DNA of 64,000 bases from Candidatus Methanoxibalbensis ujae (lineage in GTDB: Archaea > Halobacteriota > Syntropharchaeia > Alkanophagales > Methanospirareceae), in contig JAOQIN010000003.1 of the NCBI GenBank assembly GCA_026134085.1, forward strand, positions 1 to 64,000, read 5' to 3'. A program made the translations under genes and the position numbers. Every line of letters starts with the position of its first letter. Within the stretch, counting starts at the first letter, position 1. Positions 12,698 to 23,478 of the stretch are shown in pieces. The notes beneath the pieces are model-generated. The model did no database searches and was not told the DNA's origin. It saw only the letters and a list, made by a program, of their open reading frames with translations.

Positions 12698-13047
12698 CCT
12701 CTGAAAATTGATCACGCACACACATTAACTCACTGCAATTGAGAACATCATTACCCATCTGCACCCGAGATAGCTGGAATATAAACCGCCTCCCCCCGAT
12801 TCCCTGGCGGAGCACATCTCAGCTCGGCGGATATAGCACTGCATCGTAATTTGATCCCTCCTCTCCTGTGCTCAAATTTTGTATCGATTGTTTCATGATA
12901 ATTCGCCAGTTCTTCCAGTGAAACCGCGGGCTTCCATGGCGGCAGGAGTGTGAGATGCGAGAATCGGTCACCAAAATATTTATATGCGGATTTGTTTTAC
13001 GATATGATGCAGGACGACGCTCCTGCAATTTCAACAGAAGAGGCGTG

Positions 13048-13335
13048 ATGAGCATGGTGGACAAGCCTTTGGAAGTGTTAAACAAGTCGCTTAGGTCACC
13101 AGTCATTGTGCGAATAAGAGGAGGCAGGGAGTTCAGAGGGATTCTGGAGGGTTACGATATGCACATGAACATTCTGCTGAGCGATGCGGAAGAGATAACT
13201 GGAGACTCGTTTGAGCGCAACGAGCGTGGCGAAATTCTGATAAGAGGGGATAATGTGGTGTACATATCGCCCATGATAAAAAAGACAGACAGCGACACAC
13301 AGAGGAAAAGTGGAAAAGGTGAGGAATCATGGTAA
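13048..13335 (+). CDS. Sm-like (LSm) RNA-binding protein
   Basis: [11 protein letters not shown] (Sm1) and [11 protein letters not shown] (Sm2); adjacent to rpl37e as is typical in archaea. Confidence 0.93.
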   Translation: MSMVDKPLEVLNKSLRSPVIVRIRGGREFRGILEGYDMHMNILLSDAEEITGDSFERNERGEILIRGDNVVYISPMIKKTDSDTQRKSGKGEESW

Positions 13336-13496
13336 AAGGCACACCATCAATGGGGAAAAAACAGAAAAAGTCGCATGTCGTATGTCGCAGATGTGGGCGG
13401 CACGCTTTCAGCATTCATGAACGCCGATGCGCAGCATGCGGCTTCGGAAGATCAAGGAGAATGCGAAAATATGCATGGAAAAACAAAAAACATTGA
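13329..13496 (+). CDS. rpl37e: 50S ribosomal protein L37e (not in the ORF track; 55 aa)
   Basis: Own translation: [50 protein letters not shown]. Confidence 0.95.
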   Translation: MVKGTPSMGKKQKKSHVVCRRCGRHAFSIHERRCAACGFGRSRRMRKYAWKNKKH

Positions 13497-13505
13497 CACC
13501 GCGCA

Positions 13506-13591
13506 GCCGAGGTTGCCGAGTGGACTAAGGCGCCGGCCTTGAGAGCCGGTGTCCCGTGAGGGACGCAAGGGTTCAAATCCCTTCCTCGGCG
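13506..13591 (+). tRNA. tRNA-Ser(TGA)
   Basis: Acceptor GCCGAGG/CCTCGGC, anticodon arm CCGGC-CT TGA GA-GCCGG, long variable arm GTCCCGTGAGGGAC, T-arm AAGGG TTCAAAT CCCTT. Confidence 0.95.
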
Positions 13592-13653
13592 CTTTCTGCC
13601 GTCTTCTCCTGTGATGCCTGTCTCTCCCGTGCCGCCGTCAGACCATCAGACCA

Positions 13654-13748
13654 TAAAAAACAAAACAAAACAAAAAAACAAAAAAAAACAAAAAGAAAAA
13701 CAAAATCTCAAGAAAAACGAAAAACAAAACAAAACAAAACAAAAAAAA
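13654..13748 (-). terminator. Long T-rich tract on the minus strand downstream of tatD; probable archaeal terminator or low-complexity repeat
   Basis: About 95 nt of A-runs interrupted mostly by C (AAAAC-like) on the plus strand. Confidence 0.45.
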
Positions 13749-14534
13749 TCAGAAAAATTCAGAGAAATTTTTCATTATTGCACTATCAACATCTTCAACA
13801 CGCATCTTCCGCACTTTTGCAATTTCTTCATATGCAAATCTCACATTTTGTGGCACATTACGCTCTTCCCCTACGGGAGAGAGATAAGGCGCATCTGTTT
13901 CCGTTAGTATATGAGACAACGGAATTTTTTTCGCAACAGTTTTCATCGTTTTGCTCCTTCTTATCGTTGCCGGCAGGGATATTAGATAGCCCTCCTCACA
14001 TATGCGCTCAGCGATTGCCGGCTTTCCTGTGAAGCAGTGGAACACAGCATGGCTTATATCCTCATCCACAACTATCTTGAGGCCCTCTTCCAGAGCCTCC
14101 GTGCTTGAGCTCGTCTCACCGCGAAGATGAAGGATTACGGGCTTTCTCAAGTCCTTCGCGAGCTCAACGAATTCCGTGAAGACCTCGCGCATGCGCCTCA
14201 CTTTCATCGGATCCTTCACCCAGTGATAGTCCAGGCCTATCTCGCCGATGCCTATGATCTCACGGCGATGCTCGCTTATGAATTCCTCATACCTCTCGAT
14301 CTCCGCGCTGCTCAGCTCATCCACATGAATTGGATGCAACCCCAGTGTCACATGTATGAAATCATGCTCTCTCGCGATCTCAAGAGCCTTTTTCGCATCT
14401 TCAGGCTCCACACCACTCGTCACAACTGCCTCAAGCGCTTTCCTCGCATCCTCTATCACACGATCCCTGTCTCTGTCGTAGTGAGCGAATGAGAGATGAC
14501 AATGTATGTCTATAATGTGCACTCCCCCTCCCAA
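13749..14534 (-). CDS. tatD: TatD-family deoxyribonuclease
   Basis: DIHCHL, GLHP, GEIGLDY, HCF and ETDAPY motifs. Confidence 0.93.
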   Translation of the reverse strand: MGGGVHIIDIHCHLSFAHYDRDRDRVIEDARKALEAVVTSGVEPEDAKKALEIAREHDFIHVTLGLHPIHVDELSSAEIERYEEFISEHRREIIGIGEIGLDYHWVKDPMKVRRMREVFTEFVELAKDLRKPVILHLRGETSSSTEALEEGLKIVVDEDISHAVFHCFTGKPAIAERICEEGYLISLPATIRRSKTMKTVAKKIPLSHILTETDAPYLSPVGEERNVPQNVRFAYEEIAKVRKMRVEDVDSAIMKNFSEFF

Positions 14535-14574
14535 TTTCTGTTTTCTCTCCAGCTATTTTCCATCCAGCGGCGCC

Positions 14575-15441
14575 TCAGAGGTTCTCAAGCCTTTGGAATA
14601 TCATCAGGTCCTCTGTGCTGAGTTTTTTGCCCTCTTTGAAGCGTTCAAGCAGCTCCTGCACCTTCTTCCGCGCTTCTATGCGCTCTCTGAATGAGAGATC
14701 GTGCCTCATTTTCCTGCGCAGACCATCAATCACCTTCTCAAAGTCCCTGAGGTCCCGCTGGTATTTGAGGAAGAACGAATGTGCCTCGTCAGCAGCACGC
14801 TGCGCCTCCACAAACATTTTGTGTGCGCTGTCTGCCTTCTCACGCAGCCTGTCAGCCTCCCTGAAACACTCTATCATATTGTCTCTGCACTCATGAGACA
14901 GCTTCACATACTTCAGCACTTCCTGATGATACCTGTCAGCCTCCTTCTTAACTGCCTGCACCTCCTTCAGCAGCTCCCTAAGCTCGTTCACCCTCTCCAG
15001 CTCTCGCTGCATTCTCTCAAACTCCCTCCTCAGCTCTGATATCTTCGCAACAAGCTTCCTCTCCTGCTCCATGCTCATCACTTCAGTCTGCTGTCGCATC
15101 TCAAGATGCTCAATGCGCTGACGAAGCTCCTCAAACTCACGCACACTGCCGTCCATTATGTTCTGCTCACGCCTTATGCGCTCAATTTCCGCATAAAGAG
15201 AGGACGCTTTCTTGTTAAGCTCGTTCCGCTTCTCTTTGAACTCCTCTATAAGCCTTTCATACTCATCACGCTGCTCCCTGAATTTCTTCGCACGCTCCAG
15301 CGCCTCCCTGACCTGCTTGTTCAGTTCGTCGCGCAGATTCGCCCACTTTGAGGCCTCAGCATTCAATTCACCCCTCCTTCTGCGATACTCCTCCACCTTC
15401 TTCGCTATTTCCGCCTTTCTCTCCTCAAGTTCCTCCAGCAT
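14575..15441 (-). CDS. Archaeal coiled-coil protein (COG1340-like)
   Basis: Continuous heptads, QQT.V.S.E.E motif, C-terminal FKEGKKLSTEDL. Confidence 0.8.
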   Translation of the reverse strand: MLEELEERKAEIAKKVEEYRRRRGELNAEASKWANLRDELNKQVREALERAKKFREQRDEYERLIEEFKEKRNELNKKASSLYAEIERIRREQNIMDGSVREFEELRQRIEHLEMRQQTEVMSMEQERKLVAKISELRREFERMQRELERVNELRELLKEVQAVKKEADRYHQEVLKYVKLSHECRDNMIECFREADRLREKADSAHKMFVEAQRAADEAHSFFLKYQRDLRDFEKVIDGLRRKMRHDLSFRERIEARKKVQELLERFKEGKKLSTEDLMIFQRLENL

Positions 15442-15693
15442 TCCGCGCTCCCACTCTGTTTTTATGCTTGCTTATCCTCGCATCCATATATAAAAGTTCA
15501 TGCTTTGCCCACCCCTCATCCCCATCATCCACGCACTCTCTCTCACGCTCACATGCACTTCCGCCGCCCCTCCAGCATATTTCTCTCTTATTATATAACC
15601 CATTAAATTTTTTTCTTATTAAATATGAAAATCATGCAATAATGTGAGATTAACAGTGAAAAAGTGATGATGCGAGCATAAGGGCTGCCGCTC

Positions 15694-16812
15694 CTACAGA
15701 CGGCCGCTTTTTCTGTAACGATATAGGATGTTGCAGCTTCCCTCCCTGGATACCATGCACGGTCCTATGGGACGATGAGGTGAACAAGCTCTTCCGAAAA
15801 GAGGGCATTCAGCAGGCGAAATTATTCCTCGCAGGACATCGCCGCATCTGCATGTTGCTTCGCTGCTTTGCTTCTCCATGAGCTCTGTGAGGTTCTGTTC
15901 TATTTCATCTATTTCATCCTCGTATCGCTTCAACGCATCTTTATCCTCGTATGTGCGCTTCAACTGCAATCCGCTGCTTTTTATGACAGGAAAACCCCTC
16001 CATGCCACATCAACTGCTCTGAACACCGCATTCATGACCTCCCGTGCTTTTTTGTTTCCATCGTAACGAACAACACGCCTGTATTCGTTTTCAACGCACG
16101 CCTCCCCCCTCATTATCTGAGAGACGAGCATATACACAGCATACATAACATCAATAGGCTCAAACCCGGCGATCACCTGCGGCACGCCATACCGTTTGGA
16201 TATGTGCTCGTATGCCCCAACACCAATTATGGATGAGACATGCCCCGGGTTTATGAAACCGTCTATGCGCATCTCCCCCATCTCAATCAACGCTGACATC
16301 GCAGGTGGTATGAGGCGGTGAGCAGAGAGTATTGAGAAGTTCTCAGGCACACCGTTCAAAACCGCAGATGCAGTAGCAGGCGCGGTCGTCTCAAATCCTA
16401 TGGAGAAGAAAACAACATCCTTTTTTTTATGCTCAGAAGCGATAGCAATCGCATCTGAAACGCTGTAAACGATGAAAACACTTGCTCCTGACGCCCTCGC
16501 ATCTGCGAGCGATGATTTTACGCCTTTAACCCTGAACATGTCGCCGAATGTTGCAATTATTTTACCGTTATTCGCAAGATTCACAGCGATTTCTATCTCA
16601 TATGGTGTTGTAACGCAGACAGGACATCCAGGTCCCGGTATGACCTCTATCCCGGCTTCCTTCAGCATGATGTCCAATCCGAATCGCACGATTGTGTCCT
16701 GATGCGTGCCGCAAACATGCATGAACCGCAGATGCCCGGAGAGCAGTCTCTTCAACCTCTCCACTATACCTATCGCAATTCGCTCGTCTCTGTATCTGAA
16801 AAAAGACGCCAT
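15694..16812 (-). CDS. hypD: Hydrogenase maturation factor HypD
   Basis: HVCGTH, GPGCPVC, GFETT, PGHVS and GPCMVSREGSC motifs. Confidence 0.96.
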   Translation of the reverse strand: MASFFRYRDERIAIGIVERLKRLLSGHLRFMHVCGTHQDTIVRFGLDIMLKEAGIEVIPGPGCPVCVTTPYEIEIAVNLANNGKIIATFGDMFRVKGVKSSLADARASGASVFIVYSVSDAIAIASEHKKKDVVFFSIGFETTAPATASAVLNGVPENFSILSAHRLIPPAMSALIEMGEMRIDGFINPGHVSSIIGVGAYEHISKRYGVPQVIAGFEPIDVMYAVYMLVSQIMRGEACVENEYRRVVRYDGNKKAREVMNAVFRAVDVAWRGFPVIKSSGLQLKRTYEDKDALKRYEDEIDEIEQNLTELMEKQSSEATCRCGDVLRGIISPAECPLFGRACSPHRPIGPCMVSREGSCNILYRYRKSGRL

Positions 16813-17006
16813 ATCTTCATGGTCTCCTCCGCTTCCTCCTCATCTATCACGCTTATCGCAAATCCAGCATGCACAATGACATATTCTCCCTCGCGAACAT
16901 CAACAAGCGATATGTCTATCTCCCGCATCACTCCTCCTCCGAAATCAGCCAGCGATTTCCTCTCTCCCTTTACCTTCACGATCCTCGCGGGAATTCCGAG
17001 ACACAT
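16770..17006 (-). CDS. hypC: Hydrogenase chaperone HypC
   Basis: MCLGIPA N-terminus; YVIVHAGFAI. Confidence 0.95.
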   Translation of the reverse strand: MCLGIPARIVKVKGERKSLADFGGGVMREIDISLVDVREGEYVIVHAGFAISVIDEEEAEETMKIWRLFSDTETSELR

Positions 17007-17078
17007 CTCATCCCATCTCAACCGTCACACAATCACACAATCAAACACACAATCCAAGACACACGATCACAAACACCC

Positions 17079-19370
17079 TCATGTGCACGATACATCATGA
17101 GCCGCAATCGCGTTCTGACCTATTGAGATTCCCTGATCTCCGTTTGGCACGCTGTCATGAGTGAGAAGCTCAAACCCGCGCTTCATCGCCGCATGTCTTG
17201 CAGTCATCACTATGGGCACATCATATGAGACGCCGCCTGTGATGCCTATGGATATGCCCTCCCTCTCAGCCTCATCAACTGCGATTTCCATAAGCGCCTC
17301 AATAACCGTGCGTACAAACGAAAACGCAGCATCTGATATCTCGCCGACACTTCTCAGCCTGTTCCTTATTGATGATAAGGCGGCGAAAACAGGCAGAGTC
17401 CTCACAACCTTTCTTTTTCCTCTTCTGATGATCTCGCATTCAAACTCAATTTCCCTCCCAACACCCCTCATAAACCTCTCATATCCCCTCTCAAGATATG
17501 TCTCAAGTTTCATAGCGGGCTCACCCTCATATGTCATGCGCGTGCATATGCCGAGATAGCATGAAAGAGCGTCAAGAAGCCTTCCGAAGCTTGTTGTTTT
17601 TGGAGCTTTTCTCATCAGTTTTTCAAAAATCTCAGCCTCTTTTTCCGTAATATCGCATTCTTCCGTAATATCGCATTCTCCATCACCGCAGCAGCCGCAG
17701 AGGTTGAAAATTGCAAACAATATTCTTCTCGGATCTTTCACGGCTGCATCCCCGCCTATCAGAGGTATCTCCTCAAGTGATCCAACGCGCTCAAACGATG
17801 AAAAAGAGGATCTCAGCACCTCCCCTCCCCATGCAACACCGTCATCCCCATATCCGGTGCCGTCAAGCGTCAGCGAAACAGTCTCATCAACGTGCGCATC
17901 CACCATGAGAGATGCCGAATGCGCCCAGTGATGCTGCACTTCAACAAGTTCAATGCCATGTTCATCCGATAGAAAAATTCCATAGCGCCTTGTTGGATAT
18001 CTCGGATGAAGATCAACACTTATCACATCAATATCCTCCATATTCAATCCCAGAAATCTCATCAATCTTCTCATGCTTTCTTCCAGAAAATCCATTGTTC
18101 CGCTGTAAAAGGAGTTGCCTATATACTGACTCTGATATATTTTATATGCGGATGATATGCATATTGAAACATTTTCTCCTGCTCCGAGGCTGAGTATGCG
18201 GTTGCTGTACGGAACATCAACTGTTGTGAGGAAACCCCGTGATTTCCGTATGAAGAATTTTTTACCGTTGCAGAGGCGAACGACAGAATCGTCAACGCGG
18301 TTTACGATATCAAGGTTGTGAAGCAGATAGCAGTCTGCTCTGAGCGAGAAAGCATCTTCATTGCGCGTCGCCATGGGTTCTCCCGGTAAGTTTGCGGATG
18401 TCATTATTATGGAATCAGAGCGCAGAAATCTGAAGAGCACATGATGCACTCCCGAATATGGAAGGTAAATTCCTATGTTGGGAAGACCTGGCGATATGAC
18501 ATCCAGCTCCGCTGCTTTTTTAAGCAGAACGATCGGTCTCTGAGATGATTTCAGCATTCTCTCCTCATCCTCGCTTATATCAGCGATGCTGCGCACCACA
18601 TCAATATCTCTGCACATGACTGCAAACGGCTTCTGCGGTCTTCCATATGAATTACGAATTTCAAGCACACGCTCTCTGTGGTCTGTGCTGCACACGATGT
18701 GCATGCCGCCCCAGCCCTTCAAAATGCCCGTCGCACCTTCATCTATGAGGCGTGCGAATGTGCGTATCGGATCTGTGCTGTCAATCACCTGCCACTGCTT
18801 TGCGTCTGCTGAGAAAAGTGTGTATCTCGGCCCGCACTTCCAGCATGATATGGTCTCAGCGTGAAATCTTCTGTTTTTGGGGTCCTCATACTCGCTGCGG
18901 CATTCCTCGCACATCTCAAATTTTCGCATTGCGGTTCTCTCCCTGTCGTAGGGAACATCTTCTATGAGCGAGAACCTCGCACCACACGCAGTGCAGCAGA
19001 TGAAGGGATACAGATATCTGCGGTTATCCTCATCCAAAAGCTCCTTCACACATTCCTCACATATCGCAGTATCCGCAGGAACAAAAGATGTGCGCTCTCC
19101 ATCGCCGCTTTCCACTATCACAAAATCATCATAGCCGCTCACTGAATCCTCCAGTATCTCCACAGACTCTATCCTCGCGATTTCAGGAAGTGAATCCCGC
19201 AACATGCGCAGAAATGATGTGTGATCCAATCTGACATCGTCACATATACCGACCTCAACAGAGGAGCCTCTGTTCAGCACATATCCTCTGATGTCAAGAG
19301 CCTTCGCCACCTTATACACGGAAGGACGAAATCCAACCCCCTGAACAGTTCCTCTGAATATTATCTTCAC
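17079..19370 (-). CDS. hypF: Carbamoyltransferase HypF
   Basis: GTVQGVGFRP, two Zn fingers, TSANLPG, DLHP, QHHWAH, DGTGYG and NGDQGISIGQ motifs. Confidence 0.96.
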   Translation of the reverse strand: MKIIFRGTVQGVGFRPSVYKVAKALDIRGYVLNRGSSVEVGICDDVRLDHTSFLRMLRDSLPEIARIESVEILEDSVSGYDDFVIVESGDGERTSFVPADTAICEECVKELLDEDNRRYLYPFICCTACGARFSLIEDVPYDRERTAMRKFEMCEECRSEYEDPKNRRFHAETISCWKCGPRYTLFSADAKQWQVIDSTDPIRTFARLIDEGATGILKGWGGMHIVCSTDHRERVLEIRNSYGRPQKPFAVMCRDIDVVRSIADISEDEERMLKSSQRPIVLLKKAAELDVISPGLPNIGIYLPYSGVHHVLFRFLRSDSIIMTSANLPGEPMATRNEDAFSLRADCYLLHNLDIVNRVDDSVVRLCNGKKFFIRKSRGFLTTVDVPYSNRILSLGAGENVSICISSAYKIYQSQYIGNSFYSGTMDFLEESMRRLMRFLGLNMEDIDVISVDLHPRYPTRRYGIFLSDEHGIELVEVQHHWAHSASLMVDAHVDETVSLTLDGTGYGDDGVAWGGEVLRSSFSSFERVGSLEEIPLIGGDAAVKDPRRILFAIFNLCGCCGDGECDITEECDITEKEAEIFEKLMRKAPKTTSFGRLLDALSCYLGICTRMTYEGEPAMKLETYLERGYERFMRGVGREIEFECEIIRRGKRKVVRTLPVFAALSSIRNRLRSVGEISDAAFSFVRTVIEALMEIAVDEAEREGISIGITGGVSYDVPIVMTARHAAMKRGFELLTHDSVPNGDQGISIGQNAIAAHDVSCT

Positions 19371-19404
19371 CGCATCTTATCATCTCCGTCGCTTATTTTC
19401 CATA

Positions 19405-19980
19405 ATGCGAGTGCTCATCGCGGGCTTCGGAAACAGATACATGGGTGATGACGGATTCGGTCCGCATGTCATAGAAGCATTGGAAGCTCTGAGGCGAGGG
19501 GAGGAAATGTGTCGTGATATGCGACCGAAACTGAATATGCAAGAACTCCAGGAGAAAGAGGCAAAACGGCAGCAGCTGGAGGCTTTGCGGAGTGTTGAGC
19601 TGAGGGATGCAGGTCTTTCAGGCATCACTCTCGCTGTTGAGCTCGGAGAATACGATTTTGCCATATTTCTGGATGCTGTCATGAGAGGAGGCAGGGAAGG
19701 AACACTGTACACTGTGGAGATATCAGCGGAAGATGTGCCGCGGATCGATGATGAGATGTTCTCGCTGAGCATCCATGAGACAAGGGTTGAGCATGTTCTC
19801 ATGTTTGCGAAGGCAATAGGCACACTGCCGTCAAATGTGTTTTTCATAGGCTGCGAGCCTTCAGAGATAAAACTGAGCGATGTTCCGAGTGAGCCGGTTC
19901 GGGAGGCCATATGTCACGCAGTTGAAATAGTGCTTGAAAAGCTGCAGAATGTTTTCAGCCATGCTGGTTTTCAGCCATGA
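19405..19980 (+). CDS. Hydrogenase maturation protease (HycI/HyaD family)
   Basis: GFGNRYMGDDGFG, FLDAV, SIHE and GCEP motifs. Confidence 0.92.
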   Translation: MRVLIAGFGNRYMGDDGFGPHVIEALEALRRGEEMCRDMRPKLNMQELQEKEAKRQQLEALRSVELRDAGLSGITLAVELGEYDFAIFLDAVMRGGREGTLYTVEISAEDVPRIDDEMFSLSIHETRVEHVLMFAKAIGTLPSNVFFIGCEPSEIKLSDVPSEPVREAICHAVEIVLEKLQNVFSHAGFQP

Positions 19981-20016
19981 CAGCAGCGCAAGAGCAACGC
20001 AAAAGCGATAAGGTCC

Positions 20017-21786
20017 TCACGACCTCAGGCGTTCGGGCGTGGAGGGAGGAACTGCAAATGGCAGCAGCTCATGCTTCACGATTGAATCACCTATGTGAAC
20101 ATGCACAGCGCATCCCAGACAGGGGTCAAAGCTGCGTATTGTGCGCACGATGTCTATGCCCTTCCATTTTGATGGCTCTCCCGCCTCCGTTACAGGTGTG
20201 TTTATAAGCGCCTCCTCATAAGGTCCGGGATTTCCCTCGGGATCTCTCGGCGATGCGTTCCATGTTGAAGGCGCATGATACTGGTAGTTGTGTATCTTTC
20301 CTTTTTTCATCACACACCAGTGAAGGCAGGCACCTCTCATCGCCTCTATCGCGCCGAATCCCATGCCATCAGATGGCTTCTCATACCTCTTCCACACATC
20401 TGTCTTTCCCGCTTTCAGAAGCTCAAGCGCCTTTTCAACGAGTTTGAGCAGGCAGTAAGCTGAGTATGCGCAGTAATATGCTCTTGCCCGCACACGCTCA
20501 ACAGCATTGGGCATTTTCGGTATCTCCCACTCAAAATGCATGGGTTGCGCGTATTTGAAGCCGGGGATGAGCGCTTCAGGCAGCTCAAATTTTATGCTGT
20601 GTCCTGTTGCTTCATCAACTATGCGTGATTTCGCAGTTATCCACATGCGAGCAAGCGGACCGAGCTCCACCACATAGTTCTTCTTATCGCCCTTCCAGTT
20701 GTTCCAGCGCGGAGAACATACCCAGGAATATGCAGCGGTGAAATTTCCATACGCTCCTGGCTTTGGAACTGTGCGCTTGTTCCACGGATGCTCCCTCGCT
20801 ATTTCGTTTCCCAGTTGATCCTCATGAACCTCATGCTCCCATTCATTCTCATACCAGCTGCGCTCAACGAATTCCCTGACACCGACATTGAAATCAATGA
20901 GTTTGTTTGTCACGAGCTCCCCTTTCAACATGATGCCCGGTGACACCATGCGACTGATGCCGTATTCGTTCATCTCGCTGTATTCAGCTGAATACGCCTC
21001 GGGATCACTGTGATATGCGCCTGCGCTTCCCAAATTCGCCACGCGGACACCGACATTTTCATATCCCTGCTCAATTACAAAATTGAGAAGGTCGTCTGTT
21101 GCTGCGACAATTTCCTTTACGAACGCGACATGACGCATCAGGAGTGTGAGATAGGATTCAATGTCATTTGCTGAGATCTCAGACTTTGCGATTCCTCCAG
21201 GTATGAATGAGTGGACATGCGGATGCTTTGCGCCGAAAATAGCAGCCATGTTATGCCCCGCTTTCTGAACAATAAGCGAGCGAAGATATAACTCGCCTGA
21301 AAGGGGATTGAGAGCTCTCATTATGTCAGCAATCGTGTTGAAACCGTGAATCTCAACATTCTCCGCCCTGGTTCTCTCAGCCTCATTCCACCATTCAGGA
21401 TTGAACATCCTGACAGCAGTCTCACTGTAATCGGGACATTCCAGATTTATCACGCCCACCTCAGCATCATAAAGCTGCTCAGCACCATGCACCATATCAC
21501 GAAGCACAACAGCAAGCGGCGGAGGAGATGCCCTGTATGTCTGATCAACAGCAATCACAGATGACATCGCATGCGGCACAGGACACACACCACATGAACG
21601 CTGCGTTATCATCACAGCCTCAGACGGCTCTCTGCCCCTCAGTATGATCTCAAATCCGCGGAACATCGGACTGTACGCATACGCATCTGTTATGATGCGC
21701 GAGTGCTCGTCAACATTCACAGTGACGCCGAGATGCCCTTCTATTCTTGTAACGGGCTCTATGCTTATCTTACGCATTTTACGCAT
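20017..21786 (-). CDS. [NiFe]-hydrogenase large subunit (group 1; resembles the 1g/1h clade)
   Basis: EPVTRIEGH; L1 RSCGVCPVPH; L2 RSFDPCLGCAVH followed by a cleavable C-terminal extension. Confidence 0.95.
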   Translation of the reverse strand: MRKMRKISIEPVTRIEGHLGVTVNVDEHSRIITDAYAYSPMFRGFEIILRGREPSEAVMITQRSCGVCPVPHAMSSVIAVDQTYRASPPPLAVVLRDMVHGAEQLYDAEVGVINLECPDYSETAVRMFNPEWWNEAERTRAENVEIHGFNTIADIMRALNPLSGELYLRSLIVQKAGHNMAAIFGAKHPHVHSFIPGGIAKSEISANDIESYLTLLMRHVAFVKEIVAATDDLLNFVIEQGYENVGVRVANLGSAGAYHSDPEAYSAEYSEMNEYGISRMVSPGIMLKGELVTNKLIDFNVGVREFVERSWYENEWEHEVHEDQLGNEIAREHPWNKRTVPKPGAYGNFTAAYSWVCSPRWNNWKGDKKNYVVELGPLARMWITAKSRIVDEATGHSIKFELPEALIPGFKYAQPMHFEWEIPKMPNAVERVRARAYYCAYSAYCLLKLVEKALELLKAGKTDVWKRYEKPSDGMGFGAIEAMRGACLHWCVMKKGKIHNYQYHAPSTWNASPRDPEGNPGPYEEALINTPVTEAGEPSKWKGIDIVRTIRSFDPCLGCAVHVHIGDSIVKHELLPFAVPPSTPERLRS

Positions 21787-21797
21787 TTTACCTCGTC

Positions 21798-21833
<36 letters not shown>

Positions 21834-21859
21834 CTCTCTCTCCTCACAGACATGCAGCA

Positions 21860-22810
21860 TCAGATCTTCCTCCTCCTCAGCCGTGCTAAGCCCATTTTGA
21901 TGTGTCCGACAGTTCCGGCGAACGTCTCTTTCACAAATGCGCTTGCAGGCGCTTTTGCGAAGAATGGAGATGTGGGAGGATCAGGGAAATCAGGATGTGC
22001 GCAGCCGAAGCAGGGAACTCCAGTCTCTGTGCAGCCTCCGTAGCCGTCCATCCAGGATGATGATGCATTGCAGTTTGTGATGATGCCCTTGCAACCGAGC
22101 GCACCGAGACATCCGCGCTCTCCGAATGCATGAGCATCAGTGCCTCCGGAATAAAATCCGCATATGCTGCACAACTCATGCGCCGTAGCCCCATATAACG
22201 AGCGGGGACGATGCATTTCATCCAGTTCAGGCGGTGGAGAAACTCCTCTTGCGGCGAGCACTGCATGACCGAGCGTCTGAATTATGTTGTCAGCTCTCGG
22301 CGGACATCCAGGCACACATATCACAGGAAGACCGAGCGCACCTTTCCAGCCCTTTCCAAGGAAATCAAGCAGACCCCTCGCACCTGTTGGATTGGGATTT
22401 CCGTGCGGAACACCTCCGTAAGAGGCGCATGTTCCCACTGCAACCGCAGCAGCACACCGCTTCGCAAGACGCTCAACAATCTCATCCAGCTTCAGCACAT
22501 TCCCCTCATACTCACCAATGACGCAGAAAACACCATCCCCCGCCCTCCTCTCATCAGGAATCGCACCCTCCAAAATCATCACAAAGGGATCGTATCTGCC
22601 ATCAATCGCATCAACAATGACCCTCGCAGCGTCATCTCCCCATTCAAACATCAGCGTTGGATGATAAACAAGATATAAGCCTCTCAACGGAGGAAGCGCT
22701 CCTGCCAACACATCTATAAGCGTGGGATTGCTCGCTTGCTTCACAGAAATCGTGCACCCGGCACAGTCCTGCCCTTCAAGCCATATCAGGTTTATCCGCT
22801 CCGACATCAA
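21860..22810 (-). CDS. [NiFe]-hydrogenase small subunit, no Tat signal
   Basis: WLEGQDCAGC, GTCASYGG, PGCPP, HELC, GCKG and CFGC motifs. Confidence 0.95.
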   Translation of the reverse strand: MMSERINLIWLEGQDCAGCTISVKQASNPTLIDVLAGALPPLRGLYLVYHPTLMFEWGDDAARVIVDAIDGRYDPFVMILEGAIPDERRAGDGVFCVIGEYEGNVLKLDEIVERLAKRCAAAVAVGTCASYGGVPHGNPNPTGARGLLDFLGKGWKGALGLPVICVPGCPPRADNIIQTLGHAVLAARGVSPPPELDEMHRPRSLYGATAHELCSICGFYSGGTDAHAFGERGCLGALGCKGIITNCNASSSWMDGYGGCTETGVPCFGCAHPDFPDPPTSPFFAKAPASAFVKETFAGTVGHIKMGLARLRRRKI

Positions 22811-23022
22811 TCCATTCGTTAATTTCCTTCATGTAATGCTTTTTCACATGAATTAAATGGATTTACAGATTTCTAAACTGTAATATAGGAAAAGTATAAG
22901 AAAACATCCATATATGACGAACAAAACATATATGCATGGCATCAGCATGACTTCAGCATATCAGCGTATCAGTATATCGGCCAGCATGTCGGCACATCAT
23001 CATATCCGCATCATTATCCGCA

Positions 23023-23412
23023 TCATTCACGCTGGCGTTTGCGCGGTGAAGGAGGACGAGGAGCTTTGTAAGGTCTTCTGATCTCCGCACCGCAGTTGAG
23101 GCATGTGGTCGTAATGTATTCGCCCTTCCGCAGGCGAACCCTCGCATTTCTCCCCGGCACGAGGTAAGAACGGCAATTTTTGCATATGCGCATTTTCAGA
23201 TGCTTCGGAATTCGCACGCGGTATCTCATGCCTATTTTCATCGCGAGCTCCACATATCTGTTGCATCTCCTCATCATATCGCTCGCTGATTCATCCTCAT
23301 TTTTTGCTCTCATCGCCTCCGATTCCGCAAGCGCAAGCAGTCGCTCAATACGCTGCAGCGCAATGTCATTTATTCTCCTGCGCGCCCTGCTCGCTCTGCT
23401 CGCTCCTCTCAT
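23023..23412 (-). CDS. rnp4: Ribonuclease P protein component 4 (Rpp21)
   Basis: IALQRIERL, RYV.LA, CKNC..L.PG and CLNCG..RRPY motifs. Confidence 0.92.
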   Translation of the reverse strand: MRGASRASRARRRINDIALQRIERLLALAESEAMRAKNEDESASDMMRRCNRYVELAMKIGMRYRVRIPKHLKMRICKNCRSYLVPGRNARVRLRKGEYITTTCLNCGAEIRRPYKAPRPPSPRKRQRE

Positions 23413-23423
23413 TTTTCTATCCT

Positions 23424-23478
23424 ATCATAGAACAGGCCTCCCTCATAGAACAAGCGCCTCCCTCATAGAACAGGCACT
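23424..23478 (+). repeat. Three tandem copies of a ~20-nt unit (CCTCATAGAACA(A/G)GC...)
   Basis: Read directly from the sequence. Confidence 0.7.

Noticed and set aside
12730..12960. Riboswitch upstream of the radical SAM gene (CCGCC..GGCGG hairpin, AGGGAA)
   Set aside because: Conserved elements of known riboswitch classes are not present in the right order.
13556..14032. Lys/Gln-rich ORFs after tRNA-Ser (and the Phe-rich ORF 2715-2975)
   Set aside because: Artefacts of low-complexity A/T tracts overlapping tRNAs and tatD.
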